From NCBI GenBank assembly GCA_013239625.1, contig MU053629.1:1639567-1703566 (forward strand): a stretch of 64,000 nt of DNA. Reading direction: 5' to 3'. Every line of letters starts with the position of its first letter. The stretch's first letter is position 1. Under the pieces are notes generated by a model. The model had not been told where the DNA came from. It was given only the letters and a program-made list of their open reading frames with translations, and did no database searches. The position numbers were made by a program, and so were the translations under genes. Origin of the DNA: Lama guanicoe (Eukaryota). Below are positions 1-12,180 of the stretch, in pieces.

Positions 1-139
1 CTCCCAAAACTACCCCGGGAGCTGTCCAGCCTGGGAGCCAGGCGCGTCTCAGAGCTCAGGCAGCACTGGAAGAGCATGGGACCCAGAGACCGAGCCATGC
101 TAGGGCAGCCAGGAGGGCAACTTGGAGGCCATGCCCATG

Positions 140-250
140 TGCAAAGGAGGAAACTGAGGCTCAGAGGGGACAAAAGTTGGCTCCGGGACACACAGCCCAG
201 CAACAAAGACGCAAGTAGGTCTTTTGCCTCTGAGGCCTGGGCTCCTTCCA
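140..250 (-). mobile_element. MIR SINE fragment, putative orthologue of the human MIR422A host element
   Basis: MIR core gaggaaactgaggctcagag; 161-249 resembles the reverse complement of the recalled pre-miR-422a. Confidence 0.6.
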
Positions 251-1248
251 TGTTGCCACACTGTGGACTCTCACCTCCCCCATCCTCCACTCTTCATAGA
301 CTAGTGGCTGTTGGACACACACCTATCATTAACAATGAGGCTCACTTACACAGCCCTTTACAACATGTGCTTTTCGTTATTTCATTTATTTAATATCACT
401 ACACTGTAATTAGCTATAACGTCATCAGAAACTCCATTTTCCAGATGCAGAAACTGAGGCACAGAGACCTGCCTTGGGGACTGGGGCCAGTAGCAAGAGG
501 ACTGGGTCAGGGAAGGCTGCCCAGGAGAGGAGACAACCGAGCTGGACTGGGAAGAAGGCATCCACTAAGAGGGTGAGGACCCTGTAGGCAGAGGGACCCG
601 CAGGCACAAGGGCCTGGGTTTATTTGGGGCAGGGGAGTGAAGAGACAGACAGAGGCAGAGAATAGCATGGCAGGAGCATGAGGTGAGGTCGAAATTATGG
701 GCAGGGTAAGGGCTGGGGCTTTCCTTACAGCCATCCCCAAAGTCTTCCTCTGAGGGAAGGTATCTGGTCGTCCTGGGGGCAACAGATGAGCTGGACCTCA
801 GCCCGATGCACTTGGTAGCAGAGCTTGCCTTTGCCTGAGAGTCTTCCCTGACGGCGTTCCCCAGGCGGTGCATTTCCAAATACCCTGTAAATTCCCCAAA
901 GTAAGAATGCCATCTGTCCTTCTGGGGTCTCTGTCCTCCCCTCCCCAGGGCTGAATCAGGGCTGCAGCCCCACGTAGTCTATGATAAAGGCTCAAGGGCC
1001 TGGCTGCTCAAGCACAAGCCCTCAGGCCACAGCCTGGGGGCCCACACTCCTGCCTTCTTGCGTGTATGGTTGGGGGACTTGATGGAAGGGCTGCGAGGAG
1101 GGAGGTCGCTGTGGTGAACTTGCCTCCGGGTGGGGTATGACAAGGGAGCTGATGTTCGTGGAATATTTCCTGGGCACCTGATTCCATTCCAAACACTTTT
1201 TTTGTTGTTGTTGCTGTTTTGTTTTTTTGGGTGTTTTTTTTTTTTCAG

Positions 1249-1358
1249 TGGGGGACGTAACTCAGTTTGTTTGTTTATTTAATGGAAGTACTGGGACTTG
1301 AACCCAGGGCTTTAAGCATGCTAAGTATGTGCTCTACCACTGAGTTATACCCTCTCCA
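1249..1358 (-). mobile_element. tRNA-derived SINE (camelid Vic-1-like)
   Basis: Reverse complement of the Pol III A box (taactcagtggtagag) and B box (ggttcaagtccc), with an A-rich tail. Confidence 0.85.
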
Positions 1359-4214
1359 CCCCATTCCAAACACTTTAAATATGCTGTTTTATTGGAATTT
1401 CTCAACAATTTTCTTTTTTGCAGTTGAGGAAGCCGAGGCTAAGAGAGGTGAGACACCTTGCCCAAGGTGTTTGCTCTGAGGCCATACTTCCCATAGGCTG
1501 CTCCCCATGGGGACACCAAGACAGATCTGGAAATCAGGGGACTCCTTAGAAGGAGGGGCTTTGGCTCAAGGACACCCATCAGCCTTCCTCACCTTCCTTA
1601 GACCTGTAACAGCCTAAACTGCCCCGCCAGGCCTGCCTGCCTTCCCTCTCTCTCCCACATGGGTCAGACCTGCCTTGAGGTCTGCTGGCCTTCCCAGCCT
1701 CTCCCCATTTTTGTCCACAGACATTTGCCTAATAAATCTCTACACATATAAATAAGACTTGAAAGAGCCAGGCCAGCAGAGTCTCGCTGCCTCCACAGCT
1801 GGTGAGCAGCTGGCTGGATTTAGGCCAACTCATACTCACTTCTCCGCCACCTGCTATGACACCCCGGGTCCGGGATGAACCTGGAGCCAGCTGCCTGGTT
1901 CTCTTTCACCATGTGCGTGACAGGGTTCCTCAGCCGTCCTGCCTCCACAGCTCACTTCCCTCCAGAGGGGCTGCCTCTGCGATTGCAGGGAACTCGAGCA
2001 TCTGCCAGCTGCTGCTCACTTCTCCCGGAGCCCCAGTCGGGAGGAAAGCCTGGGTGGGTTTAGCTTCCCCTCAGAATGAGACTTCCAGCCTGTTTTACAT
2101 CTGCCTCTCAGTTTCAGTTTTTACTTTGCCCAAGGTCTAAACAATTCCCTCTACAATGACAATGTTCAAAGGCTCTTGAGCTTTGCACAATCCTTGTAAA
2201 CTGAAAATAAATAAAATGTGAAGCAATTCTACAGATGGAATAGACACTCCGATGTAAGAAAAAGGGCAGATTTCCTGAGAAGATGGATAAGCAGACTCTT
2301 AGTGTAAACTGAATCAAGCTTTATATTCAAGGGGTCAAGTGACTCCTTATCTACAGGGATCTTGAATCTGTGATTTCTTCTTCCTTTTCTCCAGTCCCAG
2401 TCTGTTCAGACTGGGTGCCAGGAAAATATATTTAGTGTGGAAAAAAAATGATTATTCTTAATGGAGTTGTTTTATAAGTTCAGATTTTCTCATGACTGGT
2501 TTTTGGAAGATAGACTATATTAATGGCCATCAGAATAATAAAATGATAACAAATCATTCTTCCTGCTTGCAGAAGTTTAAAAGACCTTTGAGCCCATCCC
2601 TCAAATCTAATCAATTCTAGATAGCCCTGGCTGCTGTCTCAAGGCACCAGCAGAGGAAAGAAACATGATCATTTTTAGAGACTTCTGTGTTCAGCGGCCG
2701 AAGGACAGCTGGTCTAGAAACACACTGCTCTTGGACATCCTGAGCCCAACCTTTGTGGGTTTCACACTCTCACCTACAGAAAGTATCACACACACTGTTT
2801 TGCAGGGCTGCCATCTGACGTTAGTCAGGGGACATCAGCGATTGATCACCCAGGCAAATTATTGCCAGTGCCAAGGAATCCAGCTGTGGTCTAGAAGAAA
2901 CAGGGGTCATGGATGAGCTGGCTGTTACAAGAATGCTGACAAACCAGAAAGGAGAGGGCACCAGGCTCATATAATGAATGTTCAGGATTATGTTCTAGGA
3001 TTTCCAAGCACCTACATCCCAGACTCAGCCATGCTGCCCCAGTCTCTGTCTTTCTTTCCTACCTCAGTCCTATCTGTCCTTTAAAGCCCAGTTCACATTT
3101 TGTGTCCCGCCTGAAGCCTTTCATGGCTACCTCACTCCATGCGGATTTCTGGCTTGGATACACAGCAAGCACTCAGTAAATGACTGCTGATTTGGCATAC
3201 AGTAGCTACTCAATAAATGCTTATTGGTTTGATTTACAGAAAATGCTCAAAAAATGCCTGCTATTTGAGTATACAATAGGAGTTCAACAGTGGTAGGCTT
3301 GATCTAATGGGATTTGGTGGGTCTCCTCTTTGTTGAGGACTAGTTAAGCTGACTGGGGTAGCAGCCAGCCAAGGGGAAGCTGGGCTGAGTCCTGAAATTC
3401 AGCCAGAAAAGGAGAGTCCCTTACGGTAGGCCAAAGTGGGGAATTAGCTGGTGGGAAGAAGCCAAGCCAGGTTCCTGAGTGGGACTCAGAGTCAAGGACT
3501 GGAGAACCCAGATTAAAACATCAGGTCCCAAGAGGCACCTTCCAATCATTTCCAACAGCACCTCCTTAAGGAAGCCTTCCCTCACTTCACCACCCAAAGC
3601 AGCCATCCCCTACCCCTATTCATCTCTGGTGCACTGCCCTATTTCATTTATGTCTTAGCGTTCACACTGCTTGGCATTATCAACATCACTGGCATTTGCC
3701 CCCACACTTGGCACCCACCCAACCTCCCCTCAAGGATGTAAAGTCTGGAGAGATTTTCTTGTTTACCAACACTTGCCTTGTTCATCAACATAACTCCATG
3801 GCTGAAAGAGTACCAGAATATAGTAGGTGCTCAATAAATAGATCTTGAATGACTGGCTAAGTGGACTGAGAGAAGATGAAAGAAAGGAAGTCAACAGGAA
3901 GGGGATTCAGACAGATCTGGGTGGAAATTATCTAAGGTCTGACCTTTGGCCACAATTGCCCATGAGCCTGTGTTGGTACTTTCCACCTTCCTGGGTAGGA
4001 GCCAGGAATGGTAGTGTTGGCCTTCCTTAAAGGAACAGAGAGGATGAAGGCAGAGAAGGTCAGCCCATCCCTTCAACATTTGCTCTATCCTCCAACAACA
4101 AGGCTATAAAATGGCTCCCTTGTCTTATTCTTGGAGAACTCCTTAGAAATCTCCCTCGTGGCTAATATGAATGCACCTCATCAAGCACATCATGTTTGTT
4201 TTATCACACAAGTA

Positions 4215-4685
4215 ATAAGTGATAAATTAGGGTCGTGATTCAGCATATGCTCACTCCCCTCCCATTCCTACTGTGATGGCATGTACTCCCTGCCCCGTTG
4301 ATGTTGGACTTGGCCATGTGACTTGCTTCAGCCAAAGATATATTATTGACATTATGTTAGCAGAGGCTTCGTATATGCTTCTATGGTTCGGCTTGTGTCT
4401 TAGGCTCTAGTGATCTGGGAGGGAGAAGCCAGTCCTGGATAATTGCTGTCCCTTGAGCCAGAGTCCCAAAGTGAGGACAGGTGGAGCAGACTGGAGCCAG
4501 ACCTGTGGCGAGAAGCAGCCTCAGCTGACCTGCGGCCGGGACAGAGCAGCCCTGCCAAGCCCAACCTCCATCAATCAAACTGCAGTTGACCTGCCGACCC
4601 GCTAGCGTGAGAATAAATCATTGCGTTATAAGCCACTGAGTTTGGGGGCTGGTCTGCTATGTAGCAATATTGTGGCAATAGCTGT
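4215..4685 (+). mobile_element. Old MaLR LTR (MLT1-type)
   Basis: MLT1 hallmarks: cttggccatgtgacttgcttcagccaa and aataaatcattgcgttataagccactgagtttggg...gtagcaata. Confidence 0.65.
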
Positions 4686-7600
4686 TAAAGATAATACATG
4701 CTTACTGTAGAAAAAGAATTAGAAAACATAGATAAGTAAGAAGGGAAAAATATAAGACATCCATCATCCCATCACCCAGTGTAAACACTATTAACACTGT
4801 AGTATACAGCTGTCTTGCTGTTTTCTGTATTTCACAGTGATGGGGGCCTACAGTACACATCTTTTTGTAACCTGCTTTTTATCACGAGCATCTTTGTAAG
4901 GCTGTAAGTGTTGCCTCATCACCCGCTCCAAACAACCCTCTAAGGCAGCCACAGAGAGACAACCTGATTTGCCAGAGTTACACGTCTGGGAATCAGCAGA
5001 GCCCTGTGTGACTCCAAGTTCAGTGCTCTTTCCACCAGGCAGTTTCTCTCTTGGAGCCTCATTAGCATTTTTGGCACCTGGCAAGGTCGGCTCCTTCCCC
5101 AACAAGAGCAAAATGAAGCCTTTATCTTATCTGGAAGGCAGACACGAGTGTTTGGTTCCCGAGTCACGTGATGCCAAGGGGTGTGGCAAAGCCCCGCTGC
5201 CAAGCTCACGTCGCGCCGACGGGGGTGGCCGTTCCCGCAGTGGGGGGACGGAGACAAGGGCACGTGGTGGGAGGCAGTTTCTGACAGAGCCCTCGGCAGG
5301 CCGTCCGGTTCCGAGTTCTCCTGGGGGAGAAACTAAGCTCCCAGGAGTTCTTGTCGGCAGGAGTGGAGCAGAGGGAAGCTCCAGTTCCTGCATAAGAGCC
5401 AGCCTGGGAGCTGCTGGCACAAACCTGGGAAACTCAGGGAGACAGGCTGCCTTCCAGACCCCAGGCAGCTTCAGCAAGAAAACTCCAGAGAGGGTGGAAA
5501 AAAGGAACACAGAATGACCAGATCAGAAGCCACGGTCACTCACCTAAGCGAAGGGCCGGGGTTGATGGAAGGCCTATCTCCTACTAGTTGTACGGCCTCA
5601 GTTTTCCCATCTGTTAAATGGTCATGGAAACATGTGCCCTACTGGCCCCTCTCTCCTGCCACAACAAAGCAAGGCTGTTGGTGAAGTAATGAGCAGGAAG
5701 GAGCCTCAGCAGGGAGTTCTCTCTGAGAATCCTGGGGTGCTGTGGCCTCTGGCCAAGCCGAGGAGACAGGACACACTGGCCTTCCCCCTCCAAGGTGCGG
5801 CAGGGAGAGAAGGAGCCTGGAACTGGGGAGCTTCAGACGGAGAAGGGAAGACCCTACAGAATCCCTGAAAGTCTGCGGAAGGCAGGCCCCAGCCCCAGCT
5901 TCCCCTTTCTCTCTGGAGAAAGCTCTGTATTTGTATTTTCCCTTCTTAGGAGGATTTTCTGGCCTCACCTGGTCAAAGAGAAAGAAGAAAGGAAAGGAGG
6001 AAAGAGAAAGAAGAGGAAAGGAAAAGAAGAGGAAAGGAGAAGAAAGGAAAGGGGAAAAGAATAAATCAGCCCCCCCTGAGTGGACTGGGGCCACTGCAGG
6101 GGGTGGGAGGGAGTGTCTGAGGTCACCAGATGGGGCCACTCTGGACCCAACTCCCAGGGAACCAGAAGCCTTGGTGCCAATTCAGCCATGGCGGGGCAAC
6201 CGCGGCCCAGCAGCGCCCATGGCAGCACCAGTAAGCCCCTGGGCAGGGGAGCGGCACACACACAGGCTAGTTTAGCTGAAGGGCTTCCTTCCTGCCTCCT
6301 CCTGTCATCAAATCCAGCCTCTTTATCGGATGAGGCAGAGATAGGAGGTCTAGAGACAGAAGTGGTGCCTGGGCAAGACTGCACTGGCTTTAGAGCCAGA
6401 GAGCTGGATTGAAATTCCAGTTGTGTGACTTTGTGCAATTTACAGAGCCTCTCTGAGCCTCAGTTTCCTCATCTGTAAAAGAAAGAAAATATTCTTTTTA
6501 AAAAATGTGTGGAATATCTCCCACAGTGTCTGGCACATACTAGGTAATAAGTGTTACCAGGCTTGCCCAGAGAATTAGTGGCAGGCCCGGCACTAGAGCC
6601 CAGGTCTCTGGACCCAGTCCATGCCCTGGCCTTGCTTCTCTGTTCTTTTTGTTGGTAGCTGGGAGCGGCCGGTGCCCTCAGCCCTGGCAGCGAGGACAGC
6701 TGCGGCTCAGTCCACAGAGGAACTGCCCGGCACCCTCTCCCTCGCTCGGGCGTCAGGTCGCCAAGCCTGCCTGTCTCTGAGGCCTGAAGACCATGGCTTC
6801 ACTCTGCCTCTGGAGCGGGAGCAGCTCTCTACAGGCAGCGGAGGGCTCCCCGGGGTCAGCCCTCCTGCTGGGCCCCAGGAAAGCTGTGGGGAATATGCCA
6901 ACAGAAGCCTGGCTTCGTGGCTGCTCCCCAGAACATCCACCCCAGGGACCCAGCTCCCAACAGTTCTGCCCTCAGAATCAGCAGGGAAGAGGGCCCTTTT
7001 TAGAGAGCTCCACCGATCTCCTGGGGACCCCAAGCGTCAGCAAAGCTTGAGAGGACACTGGGGGACCCACTGCCCAGCTGGGAAGCCGCCTCCTCCCTCT
7101 TCTCCTCCTGTACATAATTCTTTCATCTCTAAATGCCAGCCACTGAAAGGCACGTATTTCCTTCCCTCATCTGTCCAACCACTCGGGGATGGGATCACCC
7201 GTCTTCGACATAACCCCCCAGCCCCCAGCACAGAGCTGGGAGGCATGGAGTTCAGAAAATGGGGCGAGATATTGAGTTGCATTCTTTGGCGATTCTCATA
7301 GGTACCCAAAAGAGGAAGGGTCAAAATGAGCAAGGAGAGGTTGCCAGACATTGAAGCTGTTTGATCTGTACTTTGATCCACCTGCCAAAACAGATATTGG
7401 TCCTTTAAAGAAAAAGCAACATTGATACAATTATTCAAGGGAAAATGTATTGTTCAACATGATTTTGTTTCTCATAAATATAATACATACCCATTGGAAA
7501 ATACACGAATGTATAAAAAGGAAATGAAGTTCGGTATATAGGCAGTATGTATATGTTTATAATGTATCTAGACAATTGTTACTGAGACATGAAATGCGCA

Positions 7601-9639
7601 CAGTGCCACTGTTAGTATTTCATCATGGAGACTTGCTGTCGTTTGCTAAGTATACGGTTTGGTTTTTTCCCAAAACGGTACGTTAAGACACATTCCCCAA
7701 TCTGAAGCAAATTCTATCAGCCGTTCCAGGCTCCTAGTATGCACCCCGTGTGGCACAAACAGGAGGGAGATTTCTGCAGTTAGGAATCCAGGCTCCTTAG
7801 CCTTAGACCTACAGTGGCTCAGCGGGTCTGTGCCTAGGGGCAGAGAAGACAAGGGACATCCGGGAGTTTCTAGTTATTTATTTCACACCAACTATGAGCC
7901 AGCTCCGCCCTTCTACCCTCCCCAACACCCCCTACCCCCAAAGCTCCCCCCACCCCCATTGCCTTCCCCGCATCTCACTTCGTGCAGACGCTGCTGGTTG
8001 ATCCCAGATCCCAGCACTCTTTCTGACTCTCCACACAGCGCTCTGGGCAGACACTGCCAGTGACTGAAGTCGCCACCTGAGTTGCTAGACTCTTTCAATG
8101 CACCACCTCTTGCAGACCTCCCAACAGCCCATTATTAAGGTAGTGTTTCCACTTTACCACAACGAAGTCAAGGCTCAGAGTGATGAAGTCACTTCCCCAA
8201 AGCACTCAGTGCTAAGTGGCAGAGCCAGGATCCAAATCCAGCCAGTCAGAATCCAAGCTCAACCCCCACCCCTGTCTCTCCTCGAGCCTGGAGACCCCCA
8301 GAAGGACAACTTCCATTGCAGCAGCTCCTGGGAGCTCCAGGCTGCTTTGGCAAGACCTCATTGCTTCCATTCCTACACCTCTCCATTAACCCCAGGCCTG
8401 GCCTGGGGGGATCAGGCACCTTTAAGTCCTGCTCCTCACAATGAGGCTGCCAAGGATCTCCCCATCGCCCAGCCTGAAGGATCGGGAAGCTGAGCTGAGG
8501 CCACTGACAGACGTACGGACAAACAAGCTGGGGGTGGGAGGGGCAGACCCAGCCCCAGATCTGCCACATTTTTGTCTTGACCTTTCGTCTGGCCTGGGAC
8601 CAACTGAGTAGACAGGGTAGGGAAGCGGGCTCTTGGGAACTTTCCAGTGACACCTAGAGGGAAATGTCTCAGCTTTTGGGGGGGAATTCCTCAAAGAAAT
8701 AGTTCAATTAAACCAACTTTCTTTGACCCATGGCCACCTGAGGCCATGACTAGCTGCGTGTGAGACAAAGAGAAGTGAGACTTGGGCGCATATCTTGGAG
8801 CTCACTAGGAAAGAGGATATTGTTAACCTATAGTAGTCATTTGCATTCTAGGATAAATGAGTTCCCCGTATGCACTTTCCCAGAAGCTAAGGAGCGAGTT
8901 TAAGCCTTAGGGTGAGTAAGTAGCAACCTGGGAGACTCAACGAGAATGCAGGTTTAAATCCTGGATCTTCCACTTGCTAGCTGAATACACTGAAGATAAT
9001 AACCGATCTCTCAGAGTCTCAGTTTCCTCATCCCAAAAGTGGGGAATTATGAGTCCAAGGTTGTTAAGACCACGGGTAGAGACACCTGAACGAAGGTGCC
9101 TGGCATGCAGTAGGTGTTCAGACATTGTGTTTGCCTGCCTGCCTTCTCCACGGGATCTCAGGCAGAGGAAGGCTGCCCATAACATAGCTGCTTCAGGGCA
9201 AAGCCAGAGAGCAGCACCAGTGCCCTGAGAGCCGCAGGCAGCCTTCTGAGTGTCTCAGCTAATACTAAAGGTGGAGCCTGGAATGGCGCTCCGAGAGGGC
9301 TATCTGGGACTGGCCTTGATTGTACTTGCAGCAAAGTAGCCTGTGGGTGGACATGCTCCGAACACCTGGGGCTGACTTGAACACTGACATCATCAGCAGA
9401 ATTCTCTTTACCAGGTGGCATCTGAACTTGAGGCTGGTGACCCCAGGCGGGGCTGGGAGAGGGTTCTTCACCTCACTATGCCCCAGAGATAGACAGACAG
9501 GACTACACTCTGGGCCTTGTTTTATAGCTCAAATAGCACCCTTCCTGGTAGGAGGAAGAGAGATCCCAACTGGCACTGGGAAAAAATACAAGAGGTTCAT
9601 ATTCTATAAATGCAAACTTGTCAGGCACCAAGGCAAAGT

Positions 9640-10520
9640 GAGCAGGACTATCTCTCCACCTTACAGATCGACAGATTTGACTACACAAACCTCAAAGCAT
9701 TCACACTGGGGGGAAAATGCACCATAAACAGCCCTAAACGGCAAATGAGATAAAAGGGAAAGATATCTGCAACACACGCAACAGATGAGGAGGTACTATA
9801 CTTCTCAATGAGGTTTTCTCCAAACCAATTGGAAGATGAATATCCAAGTAGATAATGGAGTTTGAGTGTGCAATTCACACAAGTTATAAATTACCAATCA
9901 ACGTGAATATACACACTCAACCCCAATAGCAGTCAAAACAATTAAAACTAAGGTGAGACACTATTTTTCAAATTCTCATATTGGCTAAGATGAAAAAGCT
10001 TTCAAATGCCCAGAAGGACTTGGATGTGCAGAAATAACATGCAAACACTCCTGGATGGGAATATAAATTGAAATCAACTTTAGTAGAGCAATTGGCAGTT
10101 TATTGCAAAATTCTGTCTTCTCTTTGACTCAGAAATTCTATTGAGAAATTTATCCTAGGAAGCAATTGAAAAAGAAATCCAAGATATGTAAGAACTTTCA
10201 ATCATGGTGCCCTTTATAATTGTAACAACTTGGAAGTACACGAAAAGTTACTTGAATAGAATAAGTGAATAGAGTAAAATAAATAACATTATGGTACCTT
10301 CAAACAATGAAGTGTTTTGCAGGCATTAAAAGTTGTATCAGCAAAAAGTATTTGTTGACATGCAAGAACATGCATATTATTGAATTTTAAAAAGATAATA
10401 AAACATTATGACAGTATGAGCTCATTTTTGCATTTTTTTGAAAATTCTGAAATATTCCTAGTGGTTAGATCTGAATAGGGCCATTTCGAGGACTTGGGCA
10501 GATTTCATTTCTTTTTATAT
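9640..10520 (+). mobile_element. Ancient L1M (L1ME-like) fragment
   Basis: AT-rich, degenerate L1 ORF2 end and 3' UTR motifs (gatgggaatataaattg, gagcaattggcagt, gaaatttatcctaggaa). Confidence 0.6.
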
Positions 10521-10909
10521 TTTCCAAGTTTTCTTTATTAAGAATTCTGACTTTTAACATGAGGAAAATCCTCCAAATAAAAACTAATTAAAAGAGCAAC
10601 TTCGAGAGAAGTTCTTCTCCCAAGCTCCTCACACACACACCCTTCAAGTTGAATTAGCACATGATACTCAACAGTGGTCTGAGTCCTGAGCTGGAAACTA
10701 GGGTCATCCCCAGGCCCTCCTCACCCTGCGGGCCCTCAAAGCCCACGCTCCTGGGGATGTAGCAAGAGCTTGTGGAGCTGAGAACATAGGCCTTCCTGCA
10801 GGAAGAGCCGGCACCAGCCCTGCTGCATGCTCGGAATGGGAACCAGCCCCACGGCCAGAACCTGCCGGCAGGTGAGGAGCTAGTCTCTGACTCATCGGCA
10901 TGTCACAAG

Positions 10910-12180
10910 TCTCTGTAAGCCCAGGAATTCCTTAATCTGTGGGTAGAAATTATGGCTTGAATTTGAATGGGAATTTTTAATATTACATCTTTATTATCAC
11001 TAACCTCTAACTGAAACCTAGCATTTCCTTTGATTATGAATGCAGGCATTAAACCACAGCATTAGTAGCAGTATCTGTGACTCTGCCATTAATAGAAATT
11101 ATAGATATTTTCTTATCACATTATAATTCCTTGCAAGTATCTCAAAATATGATGAATACTCATCATCATTTCAAAATTCTGGCAGTTATTATGCTAGATT
11201 TTGTTTTTGAAAGTGTGAATTAGTGTTAAAGAAATGCAAATCAAAACTACAATGAGCTATCACCTCACACCAGTCAGAATGGCCATCACGGAAAAGTCCA
11301 CAAATGATAAATGCTGGAGAAGGTGTGGAGAAAAAGGAACCTTCCTACACTGTTGTTGGGAATTTAAATTGGTGCAGCCACTATGGAGGACAGTATGGAG
11401 GTTCCTTAAAAAGCTAAAAATAAATTTACTATATGATCCAGCAATCCTACTCCTGGGCATATATCCAGAGAAAAATATAATTTGAAAGACACATGCACCC
11501 CAATATTCATAGAAGCACTATTTACAATAACCAAGACATGGAAACACTAAATGTATATCAACAGATGACTGGATAAAGTTGGTGTGTGTGTGTGTGTGAT
11601 GGAATACTACTCAGCCATGAAAAAGAATAAAATGCCATTTGCAGCAACATGAATGGACCTGGAGATCATCATTCTAAGTGAAGTTAAGCCAGAAGAGAAA
11701 GAAAAATACCATACGATATCACTTATATGTAGAATCTTAAAAAAAAAAGAGACACAAATGAACTTATTGACAAAACAAACAGACTCACAGGCATAGAGAC
11801 CCAAAATTGTGGTTACCAGAGTGTAAAGAGGGTGGGAAGGGATAAACTGGGAGCTTGGAATTTGCACCTCTTTGGAAGTGACAGAATTTTTAGGTATCTT
11901 GATTGTGGTGGTGGTTTCATAGGTGTATACATTTATCAAAGTTTATCAAATTGTACATCTGAAATATGTGTAGCTTTATCTACAGAAATTATACCACAAT
12001 AAAGTTGTTTTTTAAAAAAAGAAAGTGTGAATTAGGAAACACATTGATTATATTACACACTCATTTACAAAAATATTTTTATAACCTTATCCCAGTATAA
12101 TTGATTTCTTTTATAATCATCTGCATAATCCTCTTTATAATCCAAAGGGGCCATGCCTCAAAAAAGTTTAAGAACCCCTG
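10910..12180. mobile_element. hAT-Charlie DNA transposon relic (Charlie4-like), split by an L1 insertion
   Basis: Internal motif cactaacctctaactgaaa and terminus aaaaagtttaagaacccctg; the two halves rejoin across 11224-12020. Confidence 0.65.
11224..12020 (+). mobile_element. 5'-truncated LINE-1 (ORF2 C-terminus plus 3' UTR) with a 15-bp TSD
   Basis: ORF 11234..11485 ([18 protein letters not shown]...[18 protein letters not shown]) is the L1 ORF2 cysteine-rich end. gaaagtgtgaattag occurs at both 11209-11223 and 12021-12035. Confidence 0.92.

Noticed and set aside
5975..6060. Lys/Glu/Arg-rich ORFs (5742..6275, 5795..6064)
   Set aside because: Produced by a GA-rich low-complexity tract; not evidence of coding.
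6621..7301. 226-aa ORF, and the 237-aa ORF at 44399..45112
   Set aside because: No recognisable domain, Pro/Ser/Gly-rich composition typical of GC-rich non-coding DNA, and overlapping ORFs in several frames.
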